Source of the DNA: Meiothermus sp.
GTDB taxonomy: Bacteria > Deinococcota > Deinococci > Deinococcales > Thermaceae
Length of the DNA stretch: 20,551 nt
Direction of reading: 5' to 3'
Assembly (NCBI GenBank): GCA_033762915.1
Contig: JANRLD010000061.1
Location: 1 to 20,551 of the forward strand
How positions within the stretch are numbered: position 1 is the first letter of the stretch; every line of letters starts with the position of its first letter. Under the pieces are notes generated by a model, which saw nothing but the letters and a program-made list of their open reading frames with translations, was not told where the DNA came from and made no database searches. Positions 7,574 to 15,331 of this stretch are shown here, piece after piece. The position numbers were made by a program, and so were the translations under genes.

Positions 7574-9370
7574 ATGAACGTATTCCAAAAAGTGCTGCTT
7601 ATCGGGGCCGTTTTCGTGCTGGCCTGCAACGGCCCCACCCGATCCACACCCCAGCCCGACCCCCAACCTCAGCCCCCGGCCGCGCAGGCCCCCGCCGCGC
7701 CCGCCGGCTTCGCCGCCAGCGGAATCACCCAGAACGCCGCCACCCTGAGTTGGGAGGCCGCCCCCAGCGCCCAGGATTACACCCTCGAGCGCGGCCAGGG
7801 CGCGTCCCCCTCCAGCTGGACCCCCCTCGCCCTGACGGCCCCCGGCGCGCTCGGCCACACCGACACCGGCCTCACCGCCTCCACCCTCTACAGCTACCGC
7901 CTACGGGCCAACAACGCGGCGGGCAGCAGCGGGTGGGCCACCCTCAGCCTCACCACCCTGGCCGAACCGCCCTCGCCGCCCCCGCCCGCCCCCACGCCCC
8001 CCAACCCGCCGGCCAATCTCGCCGCCTCCGAACTCACCGCCGGCAGCGTCCGGCTGACCTGGGGCGCCGTGCAGGGGGCCACCCGCTACACCCTCGAGCG
8101 CGGCCTCGGCAGCAGCCCCAGCACCTGGACGGCCCTGAACCTCACCGCCCCCACCGCCACCCAGTTCGATGACAACACCCTCGAGCCCGCCACCGCCTAC
8201 CGCTACCGCCTGCGGGCCGGGAACGCGACGGGCGACAGCGACTGGGTTTCGCTCCCCGTCACCACCCCCGCCGCCCCGCCGGTGCGCTACCGCATCGAGA
8301 CCTGGGCCTCGAACCTGCGCGACCCCAACAACTCCAGCAGCCTGGATGTGGTCTGGAGCATGCGCTTCACCCCCGACCTGACCCGCATGCTCTACACGCC
8401 CCGCGACCGCACCCGCATCGAGGTGCGCTCGATTGACGTGACCACCAAGGCAGTCACCACCATTCCGGGCGACTCGGTGGTGCGCGATGAGAACTTTGCC
8501 GGAATTTTGGGCATGACCCTCGACCCCGACTTTGCCCGCAACAACCACCTCTACATCTGCTACTCGACCTTCGTGGACGGCAACCAGCGGCGCAACCGGG
8601 TCTCGAGGTTCACCCTGGGCAGCCGCCTGACCGACGAGCGCCAGCTCCTGATCCTGGCGGGAGGCTTCACCCAGAACGGCTGCCGGGTGATGTTTGGGCC
8701 AGACGGCAAGCTCTATGCCACGATGGGCTACACCGGCGACTTCTCGATTGCCCAAGACCTGAACCAGTTGGGCGGGAAAATCCTGCGGATCAACCCCGAC
8801 GGCACCATCCCCGCCGATAACCCCTTCGGCAGCGCGGTCTGGACCTTCGGCCACCGCAACCCCCAGGGCATCGCCTTCCGCCCCGGCAGCAACCAGCTCT
8901 GGAGCACCGAGCACGGCGAGAACACCCGCGACGAGCTGAATATCATTGTGCGTGGGCGCAACTACGGCTGGCCGCTGTGCGTGGGGACGCAGGCATTCAA
9001 CACGCCCCTGTTCGTCGCCAACGAGCCGGAGGCCATCCGCAACTTCACCTGCACCGGCCCTAACCTTAACGCCGAAAACTACATGCCCGCCGTCCGCCAA
9101 TACGAGCAAGACGGCAGCAGCTCCATTGCCCCCAGCAACCTGATTTTCTACACCGGGCGCACCTTCCTGGGCTGGCGCAACAACTTGTTCTTCCTCACCC
9201 TTCGAACCGGCCGGATGTACCGTCTGGTGCTGGACGGCGACCGTATCGCAAGTGAGGAGCTCTTAATCAACAACACCTACGGTCGGCTGCGCGACATCAT
9301 GGTGGGGCCGGAGGGCTACATCTACTTCTCTACCGACGGTGGCTCCATCCACCGCATCGTGCCGAACTGA
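7574..9370 (+). CDS. Lipoprotein: 2x fibronectin type III + PQQ-dependent glucose/sorbosone dehydrogenase (YliI/Asd-like) domain
   Basis: RBS GGGAG before ATG 7574. Lipobox VLAC. Two FN3 repeats (LSW...YSYRLRA.N..G.S). GSDH motifs FGPDGKLY, GKILRINPDG, GHRNPQG, EHG...DELN...GRNYGWP, GRLRD. Confidence 0.88.
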   Translation: MNVFQKVLLIGAVFVLACNGPTRSTPQPDPQPQPPAAQAPAAPAGFAASGITQNAATLSWEAAPSAQDYTLERGQGASPSSWTPLALTAPGALGHTDTGLTASTLYSYRLRANNAAGSSGWATLSLTTLAEPPSPPPPAPTPPNPPANLAASELTAGSVRLTWGAVQGATRYTLERGLGSSPSTWTALNLTAPTATQFDDNTLEPATAYRYRLRAGNATGDSDWVSLPVTTPAAPPVRYRIETWASNLRDPNNSSSLDVVWSMRFTPDLTRMLYTPRDRTRIEVRSIDVTTKAVTTIPGDSVVRDENFAGILGMTLDPDFARNNHLYICYSTFVDGNQRRNRVSRFTLGSRLTDERQLLILAGGFTQNGCRVMFGPDGKLYATMGYTGDFSIAQDLNQLGGKILRINPDGTIPADNPFGSAVWTFGHRNPQGIAFRPGSNQLWSTEHGENTRDELNIIVRGRNYGWPLCVGTQAFNTPLFVANEPEAIRNFTCTGPNLNAENYMPAVRQYEQDGSSSIAPSNLIFYTGRTFLGWRNNLFFLTLRTGRMYRLVLDGDRIASEELLINNTYGRLRDIMVGPEGYIYFSTDGGSIHRIVPN

Positions 9371-9427
9371 CCGACAAATATATTTCACAAATATGCCTCA
9401 TAATGGGTCAAGGAGGGACTAAGAGTT

Positions 9428-9763
9428 ATGGACTTCAAAGCACTTGCCAACCAAGCCCGCGAGGCTGCCGAGAAAGCCCTGAAAGAGGCCGAGGCCAAGT
9501 TCAACGAGGTCAAGGCGGGGCTCGACAAGGACGGCGACGGAGTGCCGGACGCCCTCGAGGGCGTGATGACCCAGGCCAAGCAGGCCACCGAGCAGGCCAA
9601 GGCCAAGTTCGACGAGCTGAAGGCCAACCTCGACAAGGACGGCGACGGCATCCCCGACCAGATTAAGGGCCTGGGCGAGCAGGCCAAAGCCGCCGCCGAG
9701 CAGGCCAAGGCCAAGGCCGAGGAACTTGCCAAAGCCGCCCAAGATCGGATGAAGAAGAGCTAG
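9428..9763 (+). CDS. Small helical repeat protein with two DKDGDG (DxDxDG) putative Ca-binding loops
   Basis: RBS AAGGAGG. A 36-aa (108-nt) internal repeat AKAKF.E.KA.LDKDGDG.PD. Ala/Lys/Glu-rich, LEA/apolipoprotein-like composition. Confidence 0.8.
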   Translation: MDFKALANQAREAAEKALKEAEAKFNEVKAGLDKDGDGVPDALEGVMTQAKQATEQAKAKFDELKANLDKDGDGIPDQIKGLGEQAKAAAEQAKAKAEELAKAAQDRMKKS

Positions 9764-9779
9764 GGGTTCGGGATTCGAG

Positions 9780-9809
9780 GCGCACGGCTCCGGCTGTGCG
9801 CTTTTTTTT
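9780..9809 (+). terminator. Rho-independent terminator
   Basis: GCGCACGGC-tccg-GCTGTGCGC followed by T8. Confidence 0.85.
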
Positions 9810-9888
9810 GAAGAGGTGGTGCGGTTACCGGGATGGATTCCCTGATAAAGATCCACGCATAGCCCCTTCAGGCTGTAAAATCCGCGCT

Positions 9889-10755
9889 ATGCAAAACTAC
9901 GGCGTCGGCAACATGATCGCCCCCCTCAAGCGGGTGATGGTGGTGGCCCCCAAGCCCTTCCCGGGCGAGGTCACCTGGCAGGAGTTTAACTACTTCCGCG
10001 CCCCCGACGAGGCCCGGGTTCAGACCGAGCACGCCGCCTTCCGCGGCATCCTCCAGGCCGCGGGCTGTGAGGTGGTGACGGTCGAGGACTACGACCCCCG
10101 GCTCCAGGATGGCCTCTTCACCCACGACCCCTCGATCATGACGCCCTGGGGGGCGGTGGTGACCCGGATGGGCAAGGCCCTACGGCTGGGCGAGAACGAC
10201 CTGCACGCCCAGACCTACGAACGGCTGGGCATCCCGATCCTGGGCCGCATCGAGGCCCCGGGCACCCTCGAGGGCGGCGACACCACCTGGCTGGACGAGC
10301 GGACCCTGGTCGTGGGGCGCGGCTTCAGGACGAACCTCGAGGGCGTCTTCCAGCTCGAGGGGCTCCTCAAGCCGCACGGCATCACCGTGACCGCCGTTGA
10401 CCTGCCCTACTTCAACGGGCGCAAGGAGTGCCTGCACCTGATGAGCCTGATCAACCTGCTCGACCGCGACCTGGCGGCGGTCTTCGAGCGCTTCATGCCG
10501 GTGGCGCTGATGGAGGCGCTCGAGGAGCGCGGCATCGGATGGATTGCCATGCCCGAGGAGGAGTTCTACAGCCTGGGCAACAACCTTCTGACCCTGGCCC
10601 CGCGCCTGATCCTGATGGCCGAGGGCAACCCCAAGTCGAGGGCGCTGCTCGAGGCGGCGGGCTGCCAGGTGCTGACCTATTCCGGCGAGGAAATCTCCAA
10701 GAACCGCGAGGGCGGCCCGACCTGTCTGACCCGGCCCCTGTGGCGGGCTTGGTAG
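9889..10755 (+). CDS. Dimethylarginine dimethylaminohydrolase / amidinotransferase superfamily enzyme
   Basis: Motifs FTHDP, EGGD, LHL and C-terminal GGPTCLT (catalytic Cys). Leaderless start with TAAAAT (9876-9881) 7 nt before ATG. Confidence 0.88.
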   Translation: MQNYGVGNMIAPLKRVMVVAPKPFPGEVTWQEFNYFRAPDEARVQTEHAAFRGILQAAGCEVVTVEDYDPRLQDGLFTHDPSIMTPWGAVVTRMGKALRLGENDLHAQTYERLGIPILGRIEAPGTLEGGDTTWLDERTLVVGRGFRTNLEGVFQLEGLLKPHGITVTAVDLPYFNGRKECLHLMSLINLLDRDLAAVFERFMPVALMEALEERGIGWIAMPEEEFYSLGNNLLTLAPRLILMAEGNPKSRALLEAAGCQVLTYSGEEISKNREGGPTCLTRPLWRAW

Positions 10756-10814
10756 GGTGAAAGGCGGGCCCCGCCTAAACAAAACTCCGGGGTCCATCCG
10801 GTATAGTGCCCGGG

Positions 10815-12458
10815 ATGAGCCCCGCCCAGACCCAGGCCCTGGCGATTCGGCTAACCCAGTTCAAGAGCGTGACCAACACAGAAGGCGAGTCGGGCTTCGG
10901 GCCGTTCTTGCGGGAGGTACTGCTCGAGAACCCCTACTTCCAGGCCCGGCCAGAGCAGGTCTGGCTCGAGCCCACCCTCGACGACCCCTTCGAGCGCTCT
11001 AACGTCTTCGCGCTGGTGAAGGGCAGGACCTCCAAAACCCTGATCCTGACCGGGCACTACGACGTGGTCTCCACCGCCAACTACGGCATCCTCGAGGCCC
11101 TCGCCACCGAGCCAGAGGCGCTCAGGGCGGCCCTGATCGCCGAGCTCGGCGTCAAGAGGCGCAACGCAGCGGAGGAGAAGGCCCTCTCCGACCTCGAGTC
11201 GGGCCTGTTTCTGCCGGGGCGCGGGCTGCTGGACATGAAGAGCGGACTGGCGGCCGGGATGGCGGTGCTGGATCGCTGGGCGCAGGAGCCCGAGCACGAC
11301 CTCAACCTGCTTTTCATCGCGGTGCCCGACGAGGAGGTGGCCTCGTACGGGATGAGGAGCGCCGTGCGCCAACTGCCCGCCGTCTGTGGTAGGTGGGGCC
11401 TCGAGCCGGTCTGCGCGGTCAACCTGGACGTACACGCCGACCCCGGCGACGGCTCCGAGGGCCGGGCCATCTTCCTGGGCAGCGTGGGGAAGATGCTGCC
11501 CTTTGTGCTGTTCGTGGGCCGACCGACCCATGTGGGGGCGGTGTTTGACGGGGTGAACCCTTCGCTGCTGATGGCTGAGTTCGTGCGCCGCCTCGAGGCC
11601 AACCCCTCTTTCGGCGACCCGCCAGGTCAGGCCGAGTACCCCGCCCCGCCCGCCGTGCTCTACGCCCGCGAGACCCGCACCCACTACGACGTGACCACGC
11701 CCCACACCGCCTTCTGCGCGGTCAACCTGCTGACCCACAGCCGCGGCCCGCAGGAGGTGCTTCAGAGCGTGCGGCAACTGGCGGGCGAGAGCCTGAACGC
11801 CGCGCTGGAGCTGTTGCGCGCTCGAGCGGCTGAGCACAGCCGCCGTGGCGGCGTCCCGGTGACGCTCTCCTCGGGCGACTGCCGGGTGCTGGACTTCGCC
11901 GAACTGAAGGCGCTGGCCCAGGCCAAGGACCCAGCCGAGGTCGGGGCAATCCTCGAGCAGACCCTGCCGGGCGGCGACGGTGTGGAGCGCTCACAGGCCA
12001 TCGCCCAGGCTCTGGTGCGCCTCGCGGGCCTCGAGGGTACCGCCGCCGTGGTGGGGTTCGCGCCGCCCTTCTACCCCCGGGCCGAGCTAGACCCCCTGGC
12101 GAACGCCGCTTTCCTGAAAATTCTCCGCGACGCCGCCGAGGAGGTCGGCACCGAGACCGGGGAGGGTGTCCGGCTGGCCGCCTACTTCCCCGGCATCTCC
12201 GACATGACCTTTCTCAACCCCGCCGACGCCGGCGCGGAGGCCGCCGTGGCCGCGCAGACCCCCACCGCCCGGCCGGTGGGGCCGCTCGAGCAGCTCGGCT
12301 GCCCGGTGGTAAACATCGGGCCTTGGGGGCGGGAGTACCACCAGAAGCTCGAGCGCGTCCAGGTGCGCTACGCCTTCGAGACCGTGCCCGAGCTGCTGTG
12401 GCGGGTGGCACGGGCGGTGGAGCGCGACAGCCTGCCCTCGGTCGAACCGCCCGCTTGA
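10815..12458 (+). CDS. rocB: RocB-like M20/M25/M40 metallo-hydrolase (arginine utilization protein family)
   Basis: Motifs GHYDVV, GRGLLDMKSG, PDEE, FPGISD, NIGPWG..YHQ..ER; about 547 aa. Leaderless start with TATAGT (10802-10807) 7 nt before ATG. Confidence 0.8.
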   Translation: MSPAQTQALAIRLTQFKSVTNTEGESGFGPFLREVLLENPYFQARPEQVWLEPTLDDPFERSNVFALVKGRTSKTLILTGHYDVVSTANYGILEALATEPEALRAALIAELGVKRRNAAEEKALSDLESGLFLPGRGLLDMKSGLAAGMAVLDRWAQEPEHDLNLLFIAVPDEEVASYGMRSAVRQLPAVCGRWGLEPVCAVNLDVHADPGDGSEGRAIFLGSVGKMLPFVLFVGRPTHVGAVFDGVNPSLLMAEFVRRLEANPSFGDPPGQAEYPAPPAVLYARETRTHYDVTTPHTAFCAVNLLTHSRGPQEVLQSVRQLAGESLNAALELLRARAAEHSRRGGVPVTLSSGDCRVLDFAELKALAQAKDPAEVGAILEQTLPGGDGVERSQAIAQALVRLAGLEGTAAVVGFAPPFYPRAELDPLANAAFLKILRDAAEEVGTETGEGVRLAAYFPGISDMTFLNPADAGAEAAVAAQTPTARPVGPLEQLGCPVVNIGPWGREYHQKLERVQVRYAFETVPELLWRVARAVERDSLPSVEPPA

Positions 12459-12485
12459 CTTTAACCCTGCGTCAGACCTTAGCAT
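12455..12485 (+). promoter_or_regulatory. MerR-type promoter (19-bp spacer, imperfect dyad)
   Basis: TTGACT-19 nt-TAGCAT. The spacer contains the imperfect dyad TTTAACCC-T-GCGTCAGA. GTG start follows 7 nt later. The -35 overlaps the rocB stop codon. Confidence 0.85.
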
Positions 12486-12492
12486 CGCGGGC

Positions 12493-13347
12493 GTGGACGG
12501 GAGGGAGAGCGAGACCGCAGCCGGCCTGATGACCATCCGGGCCTTCTCGAGGCGCTCGAGGCTGACCCAGCGGGCGCTGCGGCTCTACGACGCCTCGGGC
12601 CTGCTGGCCCCGGCTTTCGTCGACGAGCAGACCGGCTACCGCTACTACACCGAGGCCCAGCTCGAGGTCGCCCGCCTGATCGTGCTGATGCGCCAGCTCG
12701 AGATGCCCCTGAGCCGCATCGCCGGGCTGCTGGACCTGAGCCCCGCCGAGCAGGCCGAGGCGGTGCAGCGGTTCTGGCTCGAGGCCGAGGCCAAGGCCCA
12801 GCGGCAGCGCAAACTGGCGGGCTACCTGCGGGGGCGGCTCCTGGGGCGGCCCGAGACCCGCCTGGCGGTGCAGACCCGCGAGGTAGGGGCGCAGAAAGTG
12901 CTGGTGCTGGGGCGGGAGATTCTGCGGCCCGAGCTTCAGGGCTTCATCGTGGAGGCCTTCGCGGCCCTGTACGGTCACCTGGACGCCGCCCCGGCCCGGC
13001 CCGTGGGATCGCCGATGCTGATCTACCACTGGGAACTGGACTTCGACAGCCCTGGGCTGGTGGAAGCCTGCATGCCCTTCGAGGGTAGCGCCGAGCCCGC
13101 GCCGGGGCTGGCGGTGCGCCTCGAGCCCGCCCACCGCGAGGCGTTCGTGCGGCTCACCAAGGCCCAGGCCGACTACCCCGACATCCTGCACGCCTACGAC
13201 GCCCTGAGCGGCTGGCTCGAGGCCCGCAGCCTGGTCGGGCTGGCCCCGCGGGAGGTCTACTTCGCCCCCTGGGACGCCACCCCGCCCGACCAGCCGGCTT
13301 TTGACGTGGCATTTCCGTTTCGCCCAGAGGAGGAAGACGATGCCTAA
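12493..13347 (+). CDS. MerR family transcriptional regulator with GyrI-like effector domain (BmrR/BltR-like)
   Basis: HTH MTIRAFSRRSRLTQRALRLYDASGLLAPAFVDEQTGYRYY. C-terminal GyrI-like motifs (AYDAL..WL, PREVY). Confidence 0.9.
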   Translation: MDGRESETAAGLMTIRAFSRRSRLTQRALRLYDASGLLAPAFVDEQTGYRYYTEAQLEVARLIVLMRQLEMPLSRIAGLLDLSPAEQAEAVQRFWLEAEAKAQRQRKLAGYLRGRLLGRPETRLAVQTREVGAQKVLVLGREILRPELQGFIVEAFAALYGHLDAAPARPVGSPMLIYHWELDFDSPGLVEACMPFEGSAEPAPGLAVRLEPAHREAFVRLTKAQADYPDILHAYDALSGWLEARSLVGLAPREVYFAPWDATPPDQPAFDVAFPFRPEEEDDA

Positions 13348-13747
13348 GACCTGGAAGCAGAAGCTGGAGGCAAAGAAGGCCCCGAAGCTTCAGACCCTCG
13401 AGAAGCCCTTCGCGGGCATACCGGCCGGCGCGACGCTGTTCGTCGCCACCCCGCAGTTGGTCAAAGAGTTTATGGACACCATCCCGCCGGGCCAGTCGGT
13501 CAGCCTGACCGACCTGCGCCGCCGCTTCGCCCGGACCCACCACGGCGACGCCACCTGCCCGGTCTCGACGGCCATCTTCGCCCGCGTGGTGGCCGAGGCC
13601 GCCTGGGAGGAGATCCAGTCCGGCACAGACCCCGCCGAGGTCACCCCCTTCTGGCGCGTCATCGAGCCAGGCTCGAGCCTGGCCCAAAAGCTGGCCTGCG
13701 GGCCGGGCTTCCTCGAGCAGATGCGCAGGCAAGAAGGCATCGCCTGA
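13340..13747 (+). CDS. MGMT/Atl-like DNA-binding domain protein
   Basis: RBS GGAGG and ATG 13340 overlapping the merR end. Motifs IP.G...S...L, TCPVST.IF, PFWRVI; no PCHR catalytic Cys. Confidence 0.65.
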   Translation: MPKTWKQKLEAKKAPKLQTLEKPFAGIPAGATLFVATPQLVKEFMDTIPPGQSVSLTDLRRRFARTHHGDATCPVSTAIFARVVAEAAWEEIQSGTDPAEVTPFWRVIEPGSSLAQKLACGPGFLEQMRRQEGIA

Positions 13748-13999
13748 CGCGGCGGTAGCGGAAGCAAAAGCAGAGGCCCCGAAGCGCTAGGCCGAGTCCG
13801 TCTAAGGGTCAAACGCCGGAATGAACGCGCCACTAAAGCAGGCGCTGGTCGCGAGAATCTCAGCCAACTCTCCTGTATGCAACGCCGCTGTTCTGGTTGC
13901 GTCTGGCGCATCCGATGACGGCTGGTCCGCCCACCAACCAAAACCCTCAAAGGCTGCCGAGGCAGCCGGGGTGAAGTGCTGTACCAAAGGAGGTCAACC

Positions 14000-14347
14000 G
14001 TGAAGCTCAACCTGTACGTGCTGGTGGACGACATGAGCCGCGCCGTGGGGTTCTACCGGCGGCTGTTCCGGTCCGAGCCGGTCATGCAGACGCCCGCCTA
14101 CTCGATCTTCAGCCTCGAGGGCTCGCTGTACGGCCTGATGAGCGCCCACAGCTATCCGCAGCCGGTCAGCCGGGGTAACAACGTCACCCCGAACCTGCTG
14201 GTCGAGGACATCGAGGCCGCGCACGCCCATGCCAGGTCGGTTGGCGCACCGTTCGTGATGGAGGCGATCGTCCAAAACGGCCCCTACCGCCTGTTCGTCT
14301 GCATCGACAGCGAGGGCAACGCCCTCGAGTTCTACAGCCAACCCTAG
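14000..14347 (+). CDS. VOC/glyoxalase-like protein
   Basis: RBS AAGGAGG before GTG 14000. Motifs VDDM.RA..FY, VEDIEAA, D.EGN.LE. Confidence 0.88.
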   Translation: MKLNLYVLVDDMSRAVGFYRRLFRSEPVMQTPAYSIFSLEGSLYGLMSAHSYPQPVSRGNNVTPNLLVEDIEAAHAHARSVGAPFVMEAIVQNGPYRLFVCIDSEGNALEFYSQP

Positions 14348-14349
14348 GC

Positions 14350-14757
14350 TCACTCGCCCGACTTGGGCGCGTCCCCGACTCCCAGCGGAACCATGTTCTG
14401 CTGGGAGACCCTAGCGTGGATGGTGGCCGCGACCGACTTGGCGAACTGCTTCATGGTCTCGGCGTTCTGGCCCGCGAAGCGCTCGTCAATGGTGCCGATG
14501 AACAGCTCGAGCCAGCGGTTGAAGTGCTCGGCCTTGAGCGGCTTGCGGGCATTGAGCACCAGGTGCTTGTACATCATCCCACCCTTGTAAGCCCCGGTGC
14601 GCCAGAGGATGTTCTCCCAGAAGTCGTGGAGCACCGGCAGGTGCTTGTCCAGGTCCAGCCCTTCGAATAGATAGCCGATCTGCGGGTCGGTCAGGACTTT
14701 GGTGTAGAAGGTGTCCACCACGACCGCGACATCGGCTCGAGACAAAACGTCGTTCAC
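14350..14757 (-). CDS. Group III truncated hemoglobin (trHbP)
   Basis: Reads MNDVLSRADVAVVVDTFY...DP.IG..F...H L....DFW...H...HF.RWL.LF. Likely leaderless GTG at 14757 with TATCGT 6 nt upstream (alternative GTG 14775). Confidence 0.9.
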   Translation of the reverse strand: MNDVLSRADVAVVVDTFYTKVLTDPQIGYLFEGLDLDKHLPVLHDFWENILWRTGAYKGGMMYKHLVLNARKPLKAEHFNRWLELFIGTIDERFAGQNAETMKQFAKSVAATIHARVSQQNMVPLGVGDAPKSGE

Positions 14758-14859
14758 AAAGCCACGATACGCCACCGGGGCGGCGTACCGCAGTGAGGGA
14801 AGTCCTGATTCCCTGGTTCGCTAAATTGCGACGGCGCAGGCATTGCCGATGGGCGAGAG

Positions 14860-14964
14860 GCACATCACCTGCGGGCCCGCCCGGAACTCCGGCGTAGACC
14901 CCTAGAGTGCGCAGATGGCCGGGAACTCGCCGATGGTGAGGGGGCCACGGGCGGTCTGGTTCAC
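14860..14964 (-). pseudogene. Decayed merR-family gene remnant
   Basis: GTG 14964 reads MNQTARGPLTIGEFPAICAL* (LTIGEF is the MerR HTH start). A shifted frame continues RTLGVY, resembling R.LR.Y. It sits 7 nt behind a MerR-type promoter. The 3' boundary is approximate. Confidence 0.6.
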
Positions 14965-14971
14965 GAAGATC

Positions 14972-15002
14972 AGTCTGCACCCTGCCCCGAGGGCAGAGTC
15001 AA
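14972..15002 (-). promoter_or_regulatory. Second MerR-type promoter (19-bp spacer, strong dyad)
   Basis: Minus strand TTGACT-CTGCCCTCGGGGCAGGGTG-CAGACT, with dyad ACTCTGCCC...GGGCAGGGT. Confidence 0.8.
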
Positions 15003-15043
15003 GGGCTGGTGGGCTCGAGGTCTCATAAACCCGCCGTCACTGA

Positions 15044-15130
15044 GCGGTTCCCAGGCATACTCCCTACAGCGAAAACCGCTGTAGGGAGTACATTACCTGC
15101 CGCCGCGAGGGAGGTAATGGTGGGAAACGC
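15044..15130. other. Structured element (predicted three-way junction); candidate ncRNA or repeat
   Basis: Outer stem GCGGTTCCCA/TGGGAAACGC (9/10). Perfect 14-bp hairpin TACTCCCTACAGCG-aaaac-CGCTGTAGGGAGTA (15058-15090). Abutting 8-bp hairpin CATTACCT...AGGTAATG (15091-15119). Confidence 0.5.
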
Positions 15131-15331
15131 GAACTGCGAGATTAACCTGACGATTTCTTAACCCCCAAAAACCCCATCATCAGCACACTTCCGCCATGAG
15201 AACCGGCTTCGCCGCGCTCACGTTCTCGGCCTTTTCATGGCTTCGCCACTTAACTGCCACCCTGCCGCCCCACCATGAAAGCGTAGCGTGACCTGGCCAG
15301 GTTCGCCGCACTAGAAAGCGGAGGACAAACC

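Noticed and set aside
13748..13999. Short ORFs 13821-14003 (+) and 13802-13987 (-), or a riboswitch, in this gap
   Set aside because: No SD, atypical codon usage, and no recognisable motif or convincing structure.
15040..15130. Hammerhead ribozyme or tRNA interpretation of the three-way junction
   Set aside because: Lacks the CUGANGA core in the right position and lacks tRNA D/T-loop consensus.
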